This document shows positions 57,102 through 64,000 of a stretch of DNA of 64,000 nucleotides, piece by piece. The stretch lies in NCBI GenBank assembly GCA_021740085.1, contig JAIPAL010000002.1:4536-68535 (forward strand), read 5' to 3'. A program made the position numbers and the translations under genes. The notes under the pieces are model-generated. The model saw only the letters and a list, made by a program, of their open reading frames with translations, searched no databases and was not told the DNA's origin. This DNA comes from Crocinitomicaceae bacterium (GTDB lineage: Bacteria > Bacteroidota > Bacteroidia > Flavobacteriales_D > Crocinitomicaceae). The first letter of the stretch is position 1. Every line of letters begins with the position of its first letter.

Positions 57102-59545
57102 AAAAACTAAAAGCACTGGTTATCTTTATTTCTTTGGCTCAATTTAGTTTCGGTCAATTAACTTTAACAGGGCCAGACTATCTTCCAGCAAATCCTTTAA
57201 ATTGTGCGGGGATAATCCCGCCAGCAGGTGGAACCAACTTTTCTGATGGGCCAGCCAATTATTTGCCTAATATGAATGAAATCGTCGTTTTTTGTCCTGA
57301 TTTGACACAAGGATCAAAAGTTTCGATTGCGTTTGCAACAAATATTGGATTTACCTTTAACATCCATCCAACAGATACTCTTTATATCTATGACGGTCCA
57401 TCCATTGCTTCGCCATTACTTGGTGCCTACAATTCAGGAACGAATCCAAATGGTTTTTTTGTACAGGCATCATTTCAAAACAATCCATCAGGTTGTTTGA
57501 CTTTAAGATTTAAGTCCAATGGAAGTAACGAAGGGACAGGATGGGATGCAAATGTTGCCTGTGGAAATCCACAACAACCATTTTTTCCACATATTCAAGC
57601 GTATATTAATGGAGTAGGAGCAAATGCATTAAACCCGATAGATACTGGTTATGTTGATATTTGTTTTGGAGATTCTATTTTATTTGTGTCCACTGCAAAT
57701 TTTCCATACGCGTCAGAAATTACCAACACAGGGTACTCACAAAATGCAAATAATTGTTCTTATCAATGGACCATCGGAGGAATTGGACAATTTAATAATG
57801 ATTCGCTTTGGTTTACACCTCCTCAGCGCTCTGGTTATTTTGTTGACTTACGAATTACCGATATATTTCCACTAATTGAACGAATTACTTGTAAGGTCCG
57901 AGTTTCACAACTACCCAGCTTTGCCGGCACAGGTCCATTTCAGGATACTGTTTGCCTTGGTCAAAACACCTTGCTAATTGGAGGGGTAACTCAACAAGAT
58001 ACGGTGGGTATCGATATCCCCGTTGGTGAATTTCAAATTGGAGGCATCTTCGCTGGTTTAACTTATTTGCCAGATGGATCAGGCGCCCAATACCAAACTA
58101 ACATTGCTATTTCGGGCTTTGATGACTCAACATTAATCTCAAGTTCCGCTGATTTTGACCAGTTATGTGTTGATATTGAACATTCATATATTGGTGATTT
58201 AGAGATTTCATTAACCTGTCCTAACGGAACTGTTGTTTCTTTAATGAATGCTTATAATCAGTTTGGAGAAATGATACCTGGTGGATGTGGTAATGGAATC
58301 GGGACCTTTTTAGGCAACGACACAAATCTCGATGGTGGAGCTCCTGGGTCGCCTGTGTGGACCTATTGTTTTTCCCCAACAATGGCTACCTTGGGAACGA
58401 TTTGCACCGAAAATGCAGCGGGTAATTGGATAACTAATTCATATGGATTTCCATCGATGAACCCGAATGGCGTTTATTTACCTGATGGGAATTTTAATGA
58501 TTTTATTGGTTGCCCTGTTAATGGTAACTGGACAATTACCGTACAAGATAACCAGGGAATAGATGATGGCTATATTTTTCAGTGGGGACTCTACTTTAAT
58601 GCATCACTTTATCCAGAATCAGAGGGTTATCAAAACACCGTTGTTACTGATTTCTGGTCAAACAATCCTTCCATAATTTCCGGACAATTAGATACCGCGA
58701 TTATCATTCAACCGATGGTTGCTGGTACGTCTTACTACACTTACAATGTAACTGATGATTTTGGTTGTAATTATGATACAACTGTAACCTTAGAGGTTTT
58801 GCCATTACCGAATATTTTTGATGATACATTAGCGTGTAATCTTTTTATGCAAGTTCAAAATACATTTTCATTCAACGGAGGAACATGGGCTTGCTTGGAT
58901 ACCGCAGTTCATTTTTCTAACAATTCAGCATTAAACCCCATAATTAATACAACAAGTCCGGGTATTTATACAGTAACCTATACCGATTTGGCCTGTAATC
59001 ATACAGACACGGCAGTCATTGAATTCCCGCCTTATGTATATACACAAGTATTAGATTCCGCAATTTGTTTTGGTGCCGAAATTATTCTAAATGCAGCAAC
59101 AATCAACTCTGGAAACATACAACCTGGCTATTCTCCTACAACTACATTAAATTGGAGTACTGGATCGTCAGGATCGTCAATAACGGTAAATTCCGCAGGG
59201 GAGTATGTCGTAACAATGGCAAATATCTGTCATTCAGCCACCGATACTGCAACTGTAACAATAAAACCTTGTGATATTGAAGTTCCTAATATTATTGTTT
59301 TGTCTTCCGTAAATGGCAACGAACACTTTACAATAGATTATAACGGAATTGCTGAATTTGAATGTGTTATCTTAAACAGATGGGGGAATATAATTTATAC
59401 CTATACAGATCCGGCAGGATGGTGGGATGGTAAGACCCAAGATGGAACATTAGTAGAAGAAGGAACTTATTTCTATAAAATTAATGCAACTTTTGATGGT
59501 GGTATTGAAATACAGAAACATGGTTTTGTATATGTAAAATACTAA
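57098..59545 (+). CDS. Cell-surface protein: CUB-like domain + proprotein-convertase P-domain + Ig-like repeats + T9SS type-B (gliding motility-associated) C-terminal domain
   Basis: Signal peptide. CUB-like pattern C-x29-C...DTLYIYDGPSIASPLLGAYNSG...CLTLRFKSNGSNEGTGWDANVAC. P-domain pattern LCVDIEHSYIGDLEISLTCPNGTVVSLMN...VNGNWTITVQDNQGIDDGYIFQWGLYF. C-terminus VPNIIVLSSVNGNEHFTI...ILNRWGNIIYTY...WWDGKTQDGTLVEEGTYFYKI is typical of the type-B CTD. Confidence 0.75.
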   Translation: MKKLKALVIFISLAQFSFGQLTLTGPDYLPANPLNCAGIIPPAGGTNFSDGPANYLPNMNEIVVFCPDLTQGSKVSIAFATNIGFTFNIHPTDTLYIYDGPSIASPLLGAYNSGTNPNGFFVQASFQNNPSGCLTLRFKSNGSNEGTGWDANVACGNPQQPFFPHIQAYINGVGANALNPIDTGYVDICFGDSILFVSTANFPYASEITNTGYSQNANNCSYQWTIGGIGQFNNDSLWFTPPQRSGYFVDLRITDIFPLIERITCKVRVSQLPSFAGTGPFQDTVCLGQNTLLIGGVTQQDTVGIDIPVGEFQIGGIFAGLTYLPDGSGAQYQTNIAISGFDDSTLISSSADFDQLCVDIEHSYIGDLEISLTCPNGTVVSLMNAYNQFGEMIPGGCGNGIGTFLGNDTNLDGGAPGSPVWTYCFSPTMATLGTICTENAAGNWITNSYGFPSMNPNGVYLPDGNFNDFIGCPVNGNWTITVQDNQGIDDGYIFQWGLYFNASLYPESEGYQNTVVTDFWSNNPSIISGQLDTAIIIQPMVAGTSYYTYNVTDDFGCNYDTTVTLEVLPLPNIFDDTLACNLFMQVQNTFSFNGGTWACLDTAVHFSNNSALNPIINTTSPGIYTVTYTDLACNHTDTAVIEFPPYVYTQVLDSAICFGAEIILNAATINSGNIQPGYSPTTTLNWSTGSSGSSITVNSAGEYVVTMANICHSATDTATVTIKPCDIEVPNIIVLSSVNGNEHFTIDYNGIAEFECVILNRWGNIIYTYTDPAGWWDGKTQDGTLVEEGTYFYKINATFDGGIEIQKHGFVYVKY

Positions 59546-59678
59546 TTTACGTTAGATACGCTATTAATTTCTGTTCTTAATGGGTGACGCCCATTCTTCT
59601 ATAAACATCTTTAGTATTCCTAAACGAATTAAACAATCGTCTAATTTCTCTGTTTAGTCAATTGTTAATGTGTTTTTG

Positions 59679-59686
59679 TAATTTTG
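59679..59686 (+). promoter_or_regulatory. Candidate -7 box TAATTTTG upstream of gap
   Basis: TAnnTTTG match ending 12 nt before ATG 59699, followed by an A8 run. Confidence 0.3.
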
Positions 59687-59698
59687 TAAAAAAAAGAA

Positions 59699-60688
59699 AT
59701 GAAAATTGTTGGGGTAAATGGATTTGGTAGAATTGGTCGGTGTTTTACGCGACTTGCACTTACGGATCCAACAATTGATGTTGCGCTCGTAAATGATTTG
59801 GCAGATATTACCACCCTTGCACACTTACTTAAATATGATAGTGTCCGAGGAGGACTCAATTTAAGTTTTACTATTGAAGGCAACTCTCTTTTATTTTCAA
59901 ATGGAAAGAAAATAACCTTTGTCAATGAAAAAAATCCAGAAGATATTGATTGGACCTCATACAACGTAAATTATGTGTTAGAATCTTCCGGTCTTTTTTT
60001 ATCAAAAGAATCCGCAAGTAAACATTTGAAGCCAGGGGTGAAAAAAGTAATTCTTTCCGCTCCCCCATCCGATAATGAAATAAAGAGCATTGTTCTCGGT
60101 GTGAATGAAGACCAACTTAGCACAGAGGACTTAGTTGTTTCAAACGCCTCTTGTACCACGAACAACGTAGCGCCAATGATCAAAGTGCTTATGGAATTAT
60201 TTCCAATTGACGTTGCGTATATTTCAACTATTCATAGCTATACATCTGACCAACGGTTACACGACTCACCTCATAAAGATTTGAGACGTGCGCGAGCTGC
60301 TGCCATGTCAATCATTCCTACATCCACTGGAGCGGCAAAAGCTATCACGCAAATATTTCCAGAACTCAACGGCAAAATAACTGGAGGCAGTGTCCGAGTA
60401 CCTGTATCCGATGGCTCAATGACAGAACTAACACTGATTACTTCTAAAAAAATTACCGTTGAAGAAATTAATATGGCAATGAAAAATGCTTGTGAAGGCG
60501 AATTAAAAGGCATTATGGCTTACACTGAAGACCCGATTGTATCAGTCGATGTACTTGGGAATCCAACAAGTTGTGTATTTGATAGCGGCCTTACAGTAGT
60601 CTTTAATAATATGGTGAAGGTGGTTGGTTGGTATGATAACGAAATGGGATACTCCAGCCGTCTAATCGACTTAATCAAGATTCTTTAA
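59699..60688 (+). CDS. gap: Type I glyceraldehyde-3-phosphate dehydrogenase
   Basis: NGFGRIGR, catalytic SNASCTTN, WYDNEMGYS. 329 aa. Confidence 0.95.
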   Translation: MKIVGVNGFGRIGRCFTRLALTDPTIDVALVNDLADITTLAHLLKYDSVRGGLNLSFTIEGNSLLFSNGKKITFVNEKNPEDIDWTSYNVNYVLESSGLFLSKESASKHLKPGVKKVILSAPPSDNEIKSIVLGVNEDQLSTEDLVVSNASCTTNNVAPMIKVLMELFPIDVAYISTIHSYTSDQRLHDSPHKDLRRARAAAMSIIPTSTGAAKAITQIFPELNGKITGGSVRVPVSDGSMTELTLITSKKITVEEINMAMKNACEGELKGIMAYTEDPIVSVDVLGNPTSCVFDSGLTVVFNNMVKVVGWYDNEMGYSSRLIDLIKIL

Positions 60689-61878
60689 TTTTCAAGCGCC
60701 TTAATTCCAGGCAATTCCTTTCCTTCAAAATATTCCAGCAAAGCACCACCACCAGTACTGATGTAGCTTACTTGCTCTTCATAGCCAAATTTTTGAACGG
60801 CTGCCGCACTATCACCTCCTCCAATTAAACTAAAAGCACCATTTTTTGTAGATAAAACTACCGCTTCAGCAACTGATTTTGTTCCTTCAGAAAAAGGTAA
60901 TAACTCAAAAACTCCCATAGGCCCATTCCACAAAATAGTCTTGCTATTTAAGAGCACATTTTGAAATTCAATCCTTGCTTTTTCACCAATATCTAATCCC
61001 ATCCAAGCATTAGGTATTTGATCACTTTGACAATTCTTCATTTGTGCATTCGCGGAAAATTCATCTGCAATGATTGAATCCACCGGCAAATAGATCCGCA
61101 CACCTGTTTTTTTTGCTTTTTCCATGATGGCCAGACATGAATCGATTCGTTCGTTTTCACAAATTGAGTTCCCAATTTCACCTCCTAACGCCTTGTAGAA
61201 AGTATAAGCCATGCCCCCACCAATTATAATATTATCAACGATAGAAAGTAGATTCTCAACTATCAATATTTTATCTGATACCTTTGCTCCACCAATAATC
61301 GCCGTAATTGGTTTTTGTCCATTTCTCATTACTTTTTGGGCCGTTTCAATTTCTCCTTGCATCAAGAAGCCCATCATTTTAGCAGTAGGAAAGAATGATG
61401 CAATTTGAGTTGTACTTGCATGAGCACGATGTGCTGTACCAAAAGCATCGTTGACGAAACAATCACCCAAGCGAGAAAGTTTTTCAGCAAAGGCTAGATC
61501 TCCATCTGTTTCTTCTTTATAAAAGCGCACATTTTCTAACAATAAAACTTCGCCTGGCTGCAACGATTTGGAAAGAAGTACCGCCTCTTCGCCGATGCAA
61601 TCATTAGCGAAATAAACCTTGCGCCCTACTAAGTTAGTTAGGCATGGAATTATCTTATTTAATGAAAAAGACTCATCAGGACCATTTTTTGGGCGACCAA
61701 AATGCGACAACAAAATTACTGCGCCTCCGCCCTTTAATACATGTTGTATGGTCGGAAGTGCCGCACGAATTCGCTTATCGTCCGATACTAGTCCACTTGT
61801 TTTATCAAGTGGAACATTGAAGTCGACGCGTATAAGCGCTTTCTTTTGAAAAAAATTAAAGTCTTTAATCGTCGTCAT
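60685..61878 (-). CDS. pgk: Phosphoglycerate kinase
   Basis: ALIRVDFNVPLD, FGTAHRAHAST, LIGGGDSAAAV. Start moved to the ATG at 61878 (MTTIKDFNFFQKKALIRVDFNVP), because the listed start 61899 is a TTG. Confidence 0.95.
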   Translation of the reverse strand: MTTIKDFNFFQKKALIRVDFNVPLDKTSGLVSDDKRIRAALPTIQHVLKGGGAVILLSHFGRPKNGPDESFSLNKIIPCLTNLVGRKVYFANDCIGEEAVLLSKSLQPGEVLLLENVRFYKEETDGDLAFAEKLSRLGDCFVNDAFGTAHRAHASTTQIASFFPTAKMMGFLMQGEIETAQKVMRNGQKPITAIIGGAKVSDKILIVENLLSIVDNIIIGGGMAYTFYKALGGEIGNSICENERIDSCLAIMEKAKKTGVRIYLPVDSIIADEFSANAQMKNCQSDQIPNAWMGLDIGEKARIEFQNVLLNSKTILWNGPMGVFELLPFSEGTKSVAEAVVLSTKNGAFSLIGGGDSAAAVQKFGYEEQVSYISTGGGALLEYFEGKELPGIKALEN

Positions 61879-61990
61879 ACCCAAATAATAGTCTTGCAAA
61901 ATTAATTAAAAATAAATCCTCCAATAATAAAATGGGGCATTCAATAATTTTAATAATTTAATTTGTGATATTTGTAGTATAAAACTACTT

Positions 61991-64000
61991 ATGAAAAATT
62001 ATTTTTTGTTGCTTTTTCTTGCTTTGGGCCTTGTGGCGTGTAAAACAAATTCTTCTGAAATTCCTACAATTGTTGTAGATGAAACGTTGTCCGACGAATT
62101 CTCTGAAGATAATTATGATGGTCCTGTAATAGACGAAACGATGTTTTCAGAGGATGATTTTTTTGAAGAACCAACCTCGGTCCGTGCCATTTATAATCCA
62201 TCTCGAACCCTTTTAACTGATCTTGTTCACACCAAATTAGAAGTTCGATTTAATTGGGCACAATCTCGCATGAATGGAAAAGCTACTATTAGTGCAAAAC
62301 AGCACTTCTATCCTTCCGACAGTTTAATTTTAGACGCCAAAGGAATGGATATAATTAAAGTAGAATTAAATGGCAAGCCCTTGGTTTATACTTACAGAGA
62401 CAGTTTAAAATTAGCGATTAATTTAGGGAAGACTTACAAAAAAGACGAAGTGTTTACCGTTGTAATTGACTATGTGTCTAAACCGGAGGAGCGTAGAACA
62501 AATGGAAGTGCTGCCATAACTTCTGATAAAGGGCTTTATTTTATTAACCCAAAAGGAACCGACAAAGACAAAATGCCACAAATATGGACACAAGGAGAAA
62601 CGGAAGCTAATTCAGTTTGGTTTCCAACAATTGATGCCCCAAATGCAAAAACAACAGAGGAAATATTTATTACCGTTGATAGTAAATATAGCACCTTGTC
62701 CAATGGAAAATTAATGGAAAGTAAGCAAAATGTTGACGGAACACGAACAGACCATTGGAAACAAGATCAAGCACATGCACCCTACTTATTTATGATGGCT
62801 GTTGGGGAGTTTGTGACAATAAAAGATTTTTATACCCGTCAAAATGGGACAAAAATGGAGGTTAATTACTTAGTGGAACCTGCCTATGAGAAAGATGCCA
62901 AGGCCATTTTCGGAGAAACACCCGCTATGATAAAGTATTTTTCTGAACGCCTAGGGATAGAATACCCTTGGGATAAATATTCGCAAATTGTTGTTAGAGA
63001 CTATGTTTCCGGTGCCATGGAGAATACTGGAGCCGTAATTTTTGGTGATTACGTTTACAAAACAGAACGCGAATTATTAGATGGTAGTGATCAATCAACC
63101 ATAGCACACGAATTGTTTCACCACTGGTTTGGTGACTTAGTTACATGTGAGTCATGGGCCAACTTACCACTGAATGAATCATTCGCTAATTATGCCCAAT
63201 ACCTTTGGGATGAATACCGATATGGGATAGATGAAGCAGATTATAATGCAGAGGATGAGGCAAAAGGTTATTTTGAATCATCCATGTATCAAGGATATCA
63301 TAATTTAATTTGGTATGGACATGGTGACAAAGAAGATATGTTTGATGGGCATTCCTATAATAAAGGTGGACGCATATTACACATGCTTCGATCCTATTTG
63401 GGAGACGATGCTTTTTTCAAAGGATTGAATAATTATTTAACGACAAATAAATATAAAGCGGCTGAAGTTCACAATTTACGTATGGCTTTTGAAGAAGTTA
63501 GTGGCGAAGACTTAAATTGGTTTTTTGATCAATGGTTTTTATCAAAAGGACACCTAATCATTCATACTTCTCAAGCAATTAATGCGGCTGACAATACAGT
63601 AACATTGCATATCAAACAAAGGCAAAAAATAACAGATTTTCCCATTTTTAAAATTCCCGTAAATGTTGCAATATGGGATAGTAAAGGAAAAAGAACTGAA
63701 AAAATAATTATTGATAGTTTAGAACAAACATTTAGTTTTTCATTTAGTGGAGAACTAAATAACATCTTGTTTGACGAAGATCAAATGCTGTTAGGAAAAG
63801 TTTATGAAGATAAACCGATCAATCAATTTGTTCACCAATACTATAATTCCTCAAGATATAAAGCGAGATTAACTGCCCTAAACCGTTCCGCGAAGCGAAA
63901 ATCTGCCTCTACAGACAAATTGATTATCGATGCTATCAACGACAAGCACTGGGACATTAGGTCAAAGGCGATCGGAATATATACCGCGGCGAATAAAACA
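61991..64000 (+). CDS. M1-family zinc aminopeptidase (aminopeptidase N-like) lipoprotein, 3' partial
   Basis: Not in the supplied ORF track because there is no in-window stop. I translated the frame from ATG 61991 to nt 64000 by hand and found no stop (670 codons). Lipoprotein signal MKNYFLLLFLALGLVAC. Exopeptidase motif GAMENTG (from nt 63011). Zinc motif HELFHHWFGDLVT...NESFANY (HExxH-x18-E). Confidence 0.85.
   Translation, partial: MKNYFLLLFLALGLVACKTNSSEIPTIVVDETLSDEFSEDNYDGPVIDETMFSEDDFFEEPTSVRAIYNPSRTLLTDLVHTKLEVRFNWAQSRMNGKATISAKQHFYPSDSLILDAKGMDIIKVELNGKPLVYTYRDSLKLAINLGKTYKKDEVFTVVIDYVSKPEERRTNGSAAITSDKGLYFINPKGTDKDKMPQIWTQGETEANSVWFPTIDAPNAKTTEEIFITVDSKYSTLSNGKLMESKQNVDGTRTDHWKQDQAHAPYLFMMAVGEFVTIKDFYTRQNGTKMEVNYLVEPAYEKDAKAIFGETPAMIKYFSERLGIEYPWDKYSQIVVRDYVSGAMENTGAVIFGDYVYKTERELLDGSDQSTIAHELFHHWFGDLVTCESWANLPLNESFANYAQYLWDEYRYGIDEADYNAEDEAKGYFESSMYQGYHNLIWYGHGDKEDMFDGHSYNKGGRILHMLRSYLGDDAFFKGLNNYLTTNKYKAAEVHNLRMAFEEVSGEDLNWFFDQWFLSKGHLIIHTSQAINAADNTVTLHIKQRQKITDFPIFKIPVNVAIWDSKGKRTEKIIIDSLEQTFSFSFSGELNNILFDEDQMLLGKVYEDKPINQFVHQYYNSSRYKARLTALNRSAKRKSASTDKLIIDAINDKHWDIRSKAIGIYTAANKT

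Noticed and set aside
59579-59595. The hairpin aatggg-tgacg-cccatt downstream of the type-B CTD gene, as a possible terminator.
   Set aside because: It has only a 6-bp stem and is followed by cttct rather than a U-run. That is too weak to call, although some termination before the gap promoter is expected.
63571-63765. A 64-aa minus-strand ORF, the only ORF listed in the track beyond 61899.
   Set aside because: It is nested antisense within the open M1 aminopeptidase frame (61991 to the window end), which has diagnostic GAMENTG and HExxH-x18-E motifs.
1-64000. I scanned for CRISPR arrays, rRNA genes, IS/transposase genes, toxin-antitoxin pairs, restriction-modification or other known defence modules, reverse transcriptases and prophage genes.
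   Set aside because: I saw no regularly spaced direct repeats and no rRNA-like conserved blocks. No ORF has transposase, RT, nuclease-methylase or phage structural signatures. The largest non-coding gaps are about 200 nt or less. This is a by-eye assessment, and a covariance-model and HMM scan would be needed to be definitive.

Overview
This is an AT-rich (by eye mid-30s % GC, not computed), very gene-dense chromosomal segment. It looks like core genome of a Bacteroidota, probably a Flavobacteriia-type organism. That assignment is an inference from five proteins ending in T9SS C-terminal sorting domains, a GldA-like ABC ATPase, rpsU-recombinase-hpf synteny, TTG/TAnnTTTG promoter boxes and a split transketolase. 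I call 53 protein-coding genes in 15 alternating strand blocks, 4 intrinsic terminators, one tandem gene duplication and several low-confidence promoter boxes. The content is mostly housekeeping: rluD, apt, acyl-CoA dehydrogenase, rpsU, hpf, ribE, uvrC, rplY, prs, xseA, rnpA, tyrS, queA, split tkt, gap and pgk, plus cyanophycin synthetase. There is also a notable load of secreted proteases and adhesin-like T9SS cargo. I found no rRNA, tRNA, CRISPR array, transposase, phage module or recognisable defence gene. Two genes run off the window edges and are truncated or missing in the supplied ORF track: T9SS cargo at 2..1936 and an M1 aminopeptidase at 61991..64000. I do not see an unambiguous new system. 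The best candidates for a second look are: (1) an MBOAT / DHHW / SGNH-LysM operon that looks like a glycan, possibly peptidoglycan, O-acetylation module; (2) a secreted VWA protein translationally wedged between the two halves of a split transketolase; (3) a CUB + P-domain + type-B-CTD surface protein with a small secreted partner and no adjacent PorP/SprF; (4) a catalytically dead DEAD-box domain in a ribE-mazG operon; (5) a REC-PAS-HisKA_3 kinase coupled to an uncharacterised membrane protein; (6) the finding that all seven convergent gene junctions are overlapping or no more than 12 nt apart. All functional calls come from motif recognition by eye. No database search was run.
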